In this document: piece by piece, positions 9,802 to 17,461 of the stretch
How the letters are laid out: each line of letters opens with the position of its first letter
Position numbering within the stretch: the first letter of the stretch is position 1
Source: Trichodesmium erythraeum IMS101
Lineage (GTDB): Bacteria; Cyanobacteriota; Cyanobacteriia; Cyanobacteriales; Microcoleaceae
Assembly (NCBI RefSeq): GCF_000014265.1
Contig: NC_008312.1
Coordinates: 4,170,001 to 4,202,000 of the forward strand
Length of the DNA: 32,000 nt
Direction: 5' to 3'
Position numbers and translations under genes: made by a program
Notes under the pieces: model-generated
What the model was told of the DNA's origin: nothing
Database searches by the model: none
What the model saw: the letters and a program-made list of their open reading frames with translations, nothing else

Positions 9802-10081
9802 TTAACTAAACTAAATAATTAATTAAGGCTTGTTGATTAAACATCAAAGCATTTAGTAATATTGGCTTTTAGCTTTCTTAAGACCTTTAAAAAGTGTCTG
9901 GTATCATGTCCAAAAACTAAGTTAGCATTTTGGGCTAACTATAGTAGAAAAGTCAAGAGACAAATATATCAGAGTACCTCTTCTACAAACTCCTATTCTG
10001 TAGGCACAGAGCAGGTCATAATTTTTTTATTTGGTTCATTGAGATGAATGGACGTTATAGCACATTTATAAACCCTCAAAC

Positions 10082-11143
10082 TCAGTCAAGGATTATTTCT
10101 GACTTCGCTTCTTGTCCATAGGACTTACTGAAGAGATAATTAACAGTATTTTTGACAAATCCTGCCACAGGTACAGCAATTAATAAACCTAACACCCCCC
10201 ATACTTGCATCCCCACTAATAAACTCAGTACAATCCAGACAGGATTGAGGCCTGTAAAACTTCCTAATATTCTAGGGGCAACAAAATTTTCAATTGCTTG
10301 TTCGATTAAAACTATCACAATTAAAACTTTTATTCCCAGCCAAAAATTTTCTAAAGTTATTAATAAACTGACGATAGTTACACCCAAAGCAGTACCAAAA
10401 GGAACTAAAGTCATCAAGCCAATTCCTATGCCAAATAATAAGCCAAAAGGAGTTCCTGTAAATAATAAACCTAAGGTCATAGAAACACCCATCAAACATG
10501 CTAGCATTGCTTGGCCAAGAAAATAATTTTGAAAGTTTTGTTTTAATGATGTCCGTACATGAATATCCAGGTGATTAGGTAACCAATTAAATATTCCATT
10601 CCACAGGCGATCGCCATGTAGCATTAGATAAAAAGTAATAACTATGGTGATTAAAATATCAAAAATTCTACCTACCATATTAAGGACAAAACTAATAATT
10701 TCTCCTGTAATATCTTGCAATTGAGAAGATAAACGTTCTGTAAGTTTATTGGTGATAACTGTTAAATTAATTGGCAGTTGATACTTAGATGCCCATTGGT
10801 CAAATGATTCTAATTGTTTATTTCCTGATTCAAGCCAACTAGGAAGTTTTTCAATAAATCCGGTCAGTTGTTCTAATAGCAGGGGAATCAGAATAACTCC
10901 CAAGACTAACATAATTACTAATGCTACTAAAAATACTAAAATAACTGCTCGGTGTCTTTTACCTCCATGTTTCTGCAAAAAAAGTACTGGGTAATCTAAC
11001 AAAAATGATAGTAATGTTGCGGAAACAGCTATTGTAATTATCCGACCAAAATACTGAAATATTTGTAGTAAAGCCCAACCATTTATTACAATTATTGGTA
11101 ATGCTAAGTACCAAAATAATCTTTGATTTAGTAATTTCAGCAT
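10082..11143 (-). CDS. AI-2E family transporter (PerM/UPF0118-type permease)
   Basis: 353-aa polytopic membrane protein. The overall hydrophobic pattern and the C-terminal motif FVAPRILG....LNPVWIVLSLL..... GVLGLLIAVP are typical of this family. Confidence 0.85.
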   Translation of the reverse strand: MLKLLNQRLFWYLALPIIVINGWALLQIFQYFGRIITIAVSATLLSFLLDYPVLFLQKHGGKRHRAVILVFLVALVIMLVLGVILIPLLLEQLTGFIEKLPSWLESGNKQLESFDQWASKYQLPINLTVITNKLTERLSSQLQDITGEIISFVLNMVGRIFDILITIVITFYLMLHGDRLWNGIFNWLPNHLDIHVRTSLKQNFQNYFLGQAMLACLMGVSMTLGLLFTGTPFGLLFGIGIGLMTLVPFGTALGVTIVSLLITLENFWLGIKVLIVIVLIEQAIENFVAPRILGSFTGLNPVWIVLSLLVGMQVWGVLGLLIAVPVAGFVKNTVNYLFSKSYGQEAKSEIILD

Positions 11144-11321
11144 TTTTTATATTTATGATATCTGCAAGTTTTAAATTTTAAGGAATAAAGAATATTAAGT
11201 AGCGTATAGGAAAGAAAAAATACTATAGATGGTTAATACTATAACTACTGTTAGCTAAATATTTTTTTTCATGAATTTACAATAAGATAGAGATGTTGAA
11301 TTAAACATCTCTATTGTAATG

Positions 11322-11737
11322 ATGATTTGACAGAAACTGATATTAATTATATCTGCTGTAAATTATCCAAACTTGATAAAACTTCTTGACTATGAATAGT
11401 GGGTTTTACTCCTAGAAATATCTCCTGTAAAATCCCACCTAGGTTAATAGTAAAAGTATGTCTCATAGAAAAAAAGTTTAGCCACGAACCGTAAGCTTTA
11501 CTTATAGTTCCATCCGTATCAGCTAACAGATGATTTGACAGAAACTGATATTAATTAGGTCTGCTGTAAATTATCCAAACTTGATAAAACTTCTTGACTA
11601 TGAATAGTGGGTTTTACTCCTAGAAATATCTCCTGCAAAATCCCACCTGGGTTAATAATAAAAGTATGTCTCATAGAAAAAAAGTTTAGCCACGAACCGT
11701 AAGCTTTACTTACAGTTCCATCCGTATCAGCTAACAA
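11322..11737. repeat. 208-bp tandem duplication (copy A 11322-11529, copy B 11530-11737), 6 mismatches
   Basis: Aligned by eye. Copy B contains the authentic 3' end of prxQ plus 25 bp downstream of its stop. Confidence 0.95.
11347..11529 (-). pseudogene. orphan 3' fragment (last ~60 codons) of the peroxiredoxin gene, created by the tandem duplication
   Basis: Translates as LLADTDGTISKAYGSWLNFFSMRHTFTINLGGILQEIFLGVKPTIHSQEVLSSLDNLQQI*. No start codon or N-terminal part. It differs from the functional copy by V>I, I>T, P>L and T>I. Confidence 0.85.
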
Positions 11738-12106
11738 CGGAAATTTTAAACCTTCAGAATCACAAAATTCTTGGTGAGAGTTTATATCATCTGCACTAAC
11801 ACCTAAAATTTGAGTGTTTCGCTCTCTGTATTTTGGTAAGTCTTGCTGGAACCTACGGGCTTCAATTGTACAACCAGAAGTGAAATCTTTAGGATAAAAA
11901 TAAAGTACTACCCACTGACCACGATAATCTGATAAAGAAATTTCTCTATCTCCTATGTTAGTGGGCAGGGTAAATTCTGGTGCTGGTTGATCTAACTCAG
12001 GTAGTTTGCCTCCAAGGGCCCAAGCATTGGGAATAAAATTCAACCAAGTTATTAGAGCTAGACAAATAACTAAAAATATGGTCTGAAAATGCCGACGAGA
12101 TCTCAT
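11555..12106 (-). CDS. prxQ: PrxQ/BCP-type peroxiredoxin with an N-terminal signal peptide or anchor
   Basis: YFYPKDFTSGCT peroxidatic-Cys motif in a thioredoxin fold. N-terminus MRSRRHFQTIFLVICLALITWLNFIPNAWA looks like an export signal. Confidence 0.9.
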   Translation of the reverse strand: MRSRRHFQTIFLVICLALITWLNFIPNAWALGGKLPELDQPAPEFTLPTNIGDREISLSDYRGQWVVLYFYPKDFTSGCTIEARRFQQDLPKYRERNTQILGVSADDINSHQEFCDSEGLKFPLLADTDGTVSKAYGSWLNFFSMRHTFIINPGGILQEIFLGVKPTIHSQEVLSSLDNLQQT

Positions 12107-12139
12107 AATTGCTAATCAAAATTATACTTTATATAAGTT

Positions 12140-12168
12140 TACATAAATTGTGGAACAAATTTTATGTA
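12140..12168. promoter_or_regulatory. AT-rich inverted repeat TACATAAATTG-N5-CAAATTTTATGTA in the divergent prxQ / cyclophilin-RTX promoter region
   Basis: Seen in the 118-bp divergent intergenic region. The arms match apart from a 1-nt indel. An operator role is inferred only. Confidence 0.3.
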
Positions 12169-12224
12169 GAAAATTATCTATATATTGTCCCATCTAAACG
12201 AGCATCTAATTAAATTACATAAAA

Positions 12225-13586
12225 ATGACAGAAAATTTACCACAAATATCGGGTCTAGCAACAGTATTAATGGTCATTGATAATCAAATAGCTACCATCG
12301 AAATTAATGGATTCAATGCACCAATAACTGGAGGTAATTTTGTTGATTTAGTAGAAAGAAATTTTTATGATGGTGTGAGATTTCATCGCATCGAAAATGG
12401 GCAACAATTTTCATTAGTTCAAGGAGGGGATCCTTTTAGCAGAAATCCAGATATTCCTTTGGAACTTTTAGGAAGTGGTGATTTTGTCGATCCAATAACA
12501 AATGAATTTAGATTTATTCCTTTAGAAATTAAGCCTCTAGGTCTAGGACAACCAATTATTTATAATCAAATAGTTTCTACTCCTGTAGAATTGCCAAACG
12601 TAGCAGGTGCTATTGGAATGGCTCGTACAGAGATTTTAAATTCGGCATCTTCTCAATTTTATGTTCCCTTGAATGATATACCAGTATTAGATGGTGGTTA
12701 TGCAGTATTTGGTAATGTAATAGATGGGTTAGAGGTTATTAGAGCACTAGATTTAGGAGATACTATTACTGCTGCTAGAGTTACTCAAGGAATAATTCCT
12801 AGTCGAATTTCAAAAATTATTACTGATACATCCCTGCTGAATAATTTTATTAATATTGTTAATCGCGCTAATATTCCATTACCGATTGATTTTTTTGAAG
12901 TCTTAACAGAAGGAGATGATATTTTTGAAATTTCTACAGAGTTATCTCAACAGGTATTTGGTGTATTGGGGCTGGAAGGAAATGATGAAATTATAGGTTC
13001 AATAATTAATGATGTTATTAATGGTAATCAGGGAGATGATATTTTAAATGGTAGGGATAGTTCCGATTACCTTCGAGGGGGAAAAGGATTAGATTTATTA
13101 TTTGGTGGTCTTGATAATGATATTTTAAATGGTAATTTAGATAATGATACTTTATTAGGTGAGCAAGGAGATGATTTTTTACGGGGTGGTAAAAATAATG
13201 ATATATTAACTGGTGGTGAAGGAAATGATATTTTAATTGGTGATGCTGGTACAGATAATTTGCTAGGAGAAGCTGGTGCAGATACTTTTGTTTTGGCAGT
13301 AATTAACAATGAAGAAGATAATGCAGATACGATAGAAGATTTTAATTTTTTGGAAGGGGATAAAATTGGTGTTTCGGAGCAAATATCTGCTCTTTCTTTT
13401 ACTCAAGAAGGTAATAATACAGTAATTGAAATAGCAACTGAGGAAGGGGAAAATAACATTATCCTTGGTACTGTGAATAATTCAGTAGCAGAGGAGGTTA
13501 GAAGTGCAACTTTCTTGTTTGATTTTACTACTATTTCTTTGCCTGATTCGCTACCTTTTGGAGATGCAGCTTTGAGAGTTGGATAA
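12225..13586 (+). CDS. cyclophilin-type PPIase domain (aa ~12-190, TLP40/CYP38-like) fused to ~11 RTX nonapeptide repeats (aa ~249-357)
   Basis: PPIase motifs: NAPITGGNFVDLVERNFYDGVRFHR, QGGDP, GMAR..SASSQFY, LDGGYAVFG. RTX repeats follow: GNQGDDILNG...GGKGLDLLFGG...GGEGNDILIGDAGTDNLLGEAGADTFVL. No N-terminal signal peptide. Confidence 0.9.
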   Translation: MTENLPQISGLATVLMVIDNQIATIEINGFNAPITGGNFVDLVERNFYDGVRFHRIENGQQFSLVQGGDPFSRNPDIPLELLGSGDFVDPITNEFRFIPLEIKPLGLGQPIIYNQIVSTPVELPNVAGAIGMARTEILNSASSQFYVPLNDIPVLDGGYAVFGNVIDGLEVIRALDLGDTITAARVTQGIIPSRISKIITDTSLLNNFINIVNRANIPLPIDFFEVLTEGDDIFEISTELSQQVFGVLGLEGNDEIIGSIINDVINGNQGDDILNGRDSSDYLRGGKGLDLLFGGLDNDILNGNLDNDTLLGEQGDDFLRGGKNNDILTGGEGNDILIGDAGTDNLLGEAGADTFVLAVINNEEDNADTIEDFNFLEGDKIGVSEQISALSFTQEGNNTVIEIATEEGENNIILGTVNNSVAEEVRSATFLFDFTTISLPDSLPFGDAALRVG

Positions 13587-14502
13587 TTTTTTATAGCGTG
13601 TCTCAAGTCTCTGAAGTCAAGTTTTTTTCTTATTTTCTATACCCTGTTTTCCTTGTTTACTAGTCTTTAGGGAAAATTCTATATATCTTCCCCACTAAAA
13701 CAAATAAATTTTGTAACTCCACAGTGTGGGAATTGCTATGTACTCAATTTGCAAAGTTTGAGAGGATATTTTTTCAAGTTATAGCTGTTACTAAATAATA
13801 CCATGAAAATCAATTTGTACTCTTTAATGAATGATCATAACTATTAAGGAATGGTTAAGTAATCAGGAGTAAGAATAAATAGTTTAAATATCATTTAATT
13901 GCTTTTAATTTTCCTTTTTATTCTCAGAAAAATTAATCAAATTTTTCTAAATTTACCCAGATTATTTTGAAAATTGTTTTTTAACTCTTGGTATAAGAGA
14001 TTGGGTGATGGAATAAACCTACTTTTATACCCTGATTTGGTGTTGGCTATCAATTGAAAGGTTTAGTAGAAGTAGGATATATTAATAGAACAAATCTGGA
14101 ATTTAATGCCCCAATTTTTTGATGATTTAGATTTGTGATACCAAGGGAAATAAATATTTGTGACAAATGGTAAGGAGATTCTATTAAATTTTTCTATCTA
14201 TTCTCTTATTTATTAGATGGAGAAAAATGTAGAAATTTTTTTGAGAAATTAGTCTTACTTTTTCCATATTTAGTAACTTATTAACTTTAATTATATTTGA
14301 CTATCTAAAACTGAAAAATTCAGGGTGGTAAATAATTATAAAATAGGAGATAAAATATTATTTTAAAATAGTTTTGTTTTTAATATAATCATTAATTTAA
14401 TGATCTTTGATCCCCTCATCACTTTTTATGGACAGTTAGATTAAAAATTGAGTATAATTAATGAAGTGGTAAATTATGGATAATTAAGGAGTTAATAGAC
14501 TA

Positions 14503-16056
14503 ATGGACAAGACACAAAAGTTTTTAGAACAATTGGACTTACCGGATCTATCAGACCAAGATGTGGTAGTGGAAATGGTAATACAGAAGGCATCACAACA
14601 GGAAGAAACTGAAAGCCAACAGGAAGATATTGAAAGCCAAGAAGAAGATACTGAAAGCCAAGAAGAAGATACTGAAAGCCAACAGGAAGAAGCTGAGGGT
14701 CAAGAAGAAGATACTGAAAGCCAAGAAGAAGATACTGAAGGTCAACAGGAAGAAGCTGAAGGTCAAGAAGAAGATACTGAAAGTCAAGAAGAAGAAGCTG
14801 GCCAAAGAGAAAAAATTACCATTCAACTTAATACCTCAAGTGCTCCAGTAACAGCAGCTAACTTTGCTGACTTGGTAGAGAAAAATGTATATGACTCTCT
14901 AGCGTTCCACCGATTTGTAGAAGGGTTTGTGATTCAAGGTGGGGACCCTCAAGGTCGAGACCCCGATTTTCCCATTGAAGATTTAGGCGGGGGGGGTTAT
15001 ATTGATCTAGAAACAGATGAGAAACGAGAAATACCTCTGGAAATCAAAATCGCAGAGACAGGAGAAATTGTCTATAACGAGGAAACTGATGAAGCAGTTG
15101 CTTTATCCCATGAAGCAGGGGTAATAGCTATGGCTCGTACTCAAGAATTAGATACAGCCTCTTCACAGTTTTACTTCGCCTTAGAAGATATCAGCGACCA
15201 ATTAGATGGTGGTTATGCTGTGTTTGGTAAGGTGAGTGATGGTTTTGATTTTCTGCAAGAGATTCAAGAAGGCGATCGTATTCTCATAGCTAGGGTAGTA
15301 GAGGGAAATATTTCTAGTAGAGAATCAGACCTTGTTACTGATTCTGATTTATTCAATGAATTAGCAAATAAAGATGGCACCAATAAGGTCAAATATCTGA
15401 TCTCAATGGATGAAAATTCTGAGAATAATGCTGATAGTGATGATAGCACTCCAGACATTGGGGATCCTATAGAACCTGAGAGATCCCAATCTCAAATTAC
15501 ACAAGATGAAAATCAAGCTACTAATGGTGACGATGTAATTGTAATAAATCAAGTGGATGAATCCTCAGTAGTGATGGGTTTAAAAGGTAATGATGAGATA
15601 ACAGGTAGTGATGGTAATGACCTCATCAGTGGAAATCAAGGTAATGATTCTCTTCTCGGTTTAGAGGGTAATGACTGGTTGCGAGGTGGAAAAGGAGATG
15701 ATGAATTAACAGGTGGAATGGGAGATGATTATCTAATTGGCGATCATGGTACTGATATCCTGACAGGTGGTGCGGGTGCAGATAGTTTTATTCTGCGAAG
15801 TAATACTGCAATAGAGGAAATAGAGGAAGCTGACATGATTACTGATTTTAATGTTGGAGATAATGATCGGATTATTGTCATTGCTGAATTTACCTCTTCT
15901 GAGGGCTTAAGTTATGAATTCATAGATAATGATACAGTAATTAGACTGCTTGACAATAGTTTTATATTAGGAGTAGTAAAACAAACTTCTATTGAAAATG
16001 TTGAAAATAACATTCTTGTAGTAAATTCTGATGATTATGCTTTACGTCTTGGTTAA
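14503..16056 (+). CDS. paralogue: acidic heptad-repeat N-terminus + cyclophilin-type PPIase domain (aa ~103-268) + ~8 RTX repeats (aa ~359-431)
   Basis: SD AAGGAG lies 11 nt upstream of the ATG. PPIase motifs: SAPVTAANFADLVEKNVYDSLAFHRFVEGFVIQGGDP, AMARTQELDTASSQFYF, LDGGYAVFG. RTX repeats: GNDEITGSDGNDLISGNQGNDSLLGLEGNDWLRGGKGDDELTGGMGDDYLIGDHGTDILTGGAGADSFIL. Confidence 0.9.
   Translation: MDKTQKFLEQLDLPDLSDQDVVVEMVIQKASQQEETESQQEDIESQEEDTESQEEDTESQQEEAEGQEEDTESQEEDTEGQQEEAEGQEEDTESQEEEAGQREKITIQLNTSSAPVTAANFADLVEKNVYDSLAFHRFVEGFVIQGGDPQGRDPDFPIEDLGGGGYIDLETDEKREIPLEIKIAETGEIVYNEETDEAVALSHEAGVIAMARTQELDTASSQFYFALEDISDQLDGGYAVFGKVSDGFDFLQEIQEGDRILIARVVEGNISSRESDLVTDSDLFNELANKDGTNKVKYLISMDENSENNADSDDSTPDIGDPIEPERSQSQITQDENQATNGDDVIVINQVDESSVVMGLKGNDEITGSDGNDLISGNQGNDSLLGLEGNDWLRGGKGDDELTGGMGDDYLIGDHGTDILTGGAGADSFILRSNTAIEEIEEADMITDFNVGDNDRIIVIAEFTSSEGLSYEFIDNDTVIRLLDNSFILGVVKQTSIENVENNILVVNSDDYALRLG
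14596..14805 (+). repeat. in-frame 21-bp tandem repeat, ~10 units, encoding Q(Q/E)E(E/D)(T/A/I)E(S/G) heptads
   Basis: Protein reads QQEETES QQEDIES QEEDTES QEEDTES QQEEAEG QEEDTES QEEDTEG QQEEAEG QEEDTES QEEEAGQ. The DNA units are near-identical. Confidence 0.9.
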
Positions 16057-16225
16057 TTAATAGCAAGGGTCACAACTTTGATTAGTTCGTTAGACAATTT
16101 ATTTATACATATTATGATTATGTTTTAAGTTGTACTAGCGGACTTTTCATTTTATCTATTTTGGATAAAGTTTGCTGACTCAATTCAAAAAAATTAGTTT
16201 AAGTTCAATTAAAATAACTTTAGCA

Positions 16226-16903
16226 ATGAAATTTTTAGCAACTGTTACTTTTGTCATTTCTTTCATATACTTGAGTTTATCTGCGCCAATTATGGGAGCT
16301 AATTATGAAGATGTTAATCATCTTTTAGAATATAATTGGTGTGTATCATTCTTATGGAAACAATGTGACCTAACCAGAGCAAATTTTCATGACATTAATT
16401 TAAAGAATGCTAATATGTCGGGAGCTAATTTAACAGGGGTAAATTTCCAAGGTGCAGATTTAAATGGAGCTAACCTTTCCGGAGCTAATTTAACAGGAGC
16501 TAATTTAGAAAAAGCTAACTTATATAGAGCAGATATCAACAGAGCAAATTTAACAAATACTAATTTAACTAGCACTCGTTTATTAGAAGCTGATTTAACT
16601 CTAGCAAATTTAAATCATGCTAATTTAACTGATGCTAATTTGTTAGAAGCAAGACTCTGGGGAGCAAGTTTGGCAGGAGCTAATTTAAACAATGCTAGTC
16701 TTCATGGTACTAACTTAGAATATGCTAATCTTGCTGATTCTAATTTAAGTGGAGCGGACTTTCATAGTTTCTCTTTCAGAAGTTATAAACAAGAAACTAA
16801 TTTAAGTAATGCTAATTTGGAAGGTGCAATTATTACTAATACAGATTTAAGTGGAGTAATTATGAGGGGAACTATTATGCCTGATGGTTCAATTAATGAG
16901 TAA
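16226..16903 (+). CDS. exported pentapeptide-repeat protein (signal peptide + ~30 pentapeptide repeats)
   Basis: The track ORF begins at a TTG (16172). ATG at 16226 gives MKFLATVTFVISFIYLSLSAP, which is signal-peptide-like. Repeats such as ANLSGANLTGANLEKANL follow. Confidence 0.88.
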   Translation: MKFLATVTFVISFIYLSLSAPIMGANYEDVNHLLEYNWCVSFLWKQCDLTRANFHDINLKNANMSGANLTGVNFQGADLNGANLSGANLTGANLEKANLYRADINRANLTNTNLTSTRLLEADLTLANLNHANLTDANLLEARLWGASLAGANLNNASLHGTNLEYANLADSNLSGADFHSFSFRSYKQETNLSNANLEGAIITNTDLSGVIMRGTIMPDGSINE

Positions 16904-16920
16904 TTAAATGGGATTCGTTT

Positions 16921-17184
16921 CATTTATCAGTTAGGGTTTTTCGATGGAAGGACAAAAAATATCTTCCTTCTTATACTACTTATTGAACAAGAGGAATAAC
17001 TTGTATCCATCCTGAAGAAAATAGATTTGTATCACCTAGAGGATGTACCTGTATTGAATCTTTTGCTTATCCCTTTATATTTAAAGGTACTACAATGGAA
17101 AACTATGCACAAATTTGTCATACTGTACCACCCCTTATTACCAAAGCATTTGGCTTTTACATAACTAAGATTTTAATAGGATAA
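16921..17184 (+). pseudogene. relic of the 3' end of a DNA (cytosine-5) methyltransferase gene (motif IX-X region), with an in-frame stop
   Basis: Translation is ...LPSYTTY*TRGITCIHPEENRFVSPRGCTCIESFAYPFIFKGTTMENYAQICHTVPPLITKAFGFYI. This aligns to the C5-MTase C-terminal consensus iHP...R.lTpRE.aRlQsFPD.f.F.G.....Y.QIGNAVPP.la.ai. Invariant residues are substituted (GN>CH, E>G, D>Y) and there is a TGA at 16984-16986. No upstream catalytic half is present. Confidence 0.5.
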
Positions 17185-17299
17185 GAAGTTAATCCTATTC
17201 ATTATGGATATTTCGAGTAGTAATAATCATCACTAAGATTTTAATAGGATAAGAAGTTAATCCTATTCATTATGGATATTTCGAGTAGTAATAATCATC
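17164..17299. repeat. perfect 68-bp tandem duplication (17164-17231 and 17232-17299)
   Basis: The two copies are identical base for base. Each holds an 8-bp hairpin, AATAGGAT-N9-ATCCTATT. Copy 1 overlaps the last 7 codons of the MTase relic. Confidence 0.95.
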
Positions 17300-17461
17300 A
17301 AAACTGCATTAGAAAAGTTGATACTAAAAGTCAGGATAATCATTTTCCAATTCAGTTAAAACTACAGTTTTAAATTGATATTTTTGTTCTCTAGCTTTTT
17401 AAGTTATAGCTAACTAAGTAAAGTTTACCTCACCCTTTAAGAATGAGGTAATTTCAACAAA

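Noticed and set aside
9149-10047. ORFs 9149-9358 (-) and 9862-10047 (+)
   Set aside because: Both are short and low-complexity, with no SD or homology signal. One overlaps the tyrA 3' end.
10152-10526. ORFs 10152-10526 (+) and 10290-10499 (-) inside the AI-2E transporter gene
   Set aside because: They overlap a gene with clear membrane-transporter character and are alternative-frame artefacts.
13067-13606. Minus-strand ORFs 13067-13309 and 13403-13606
   Set aside because: They are antisense to the RTX repeat and tail region of the first cyclophilin-RTX gene. The P/S/K-rich translation is the mirror image of GGxGxD repeats.
14593-15458. ORFs 14593-14826 (-), 14630-14851 (+) and 15264-15458 (-)
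   Set aside because: The first two are generated by the 21-bp tandem repeat read in other frames or on the other strand (FFL.. and KKKILK.. periodic peptides). All three lie inside the second cyclophilin-RTX gene.
16387-16575. 62-aa minus-strand ORF
   Set aside because: It is antisense to the pentapeptide repeats.
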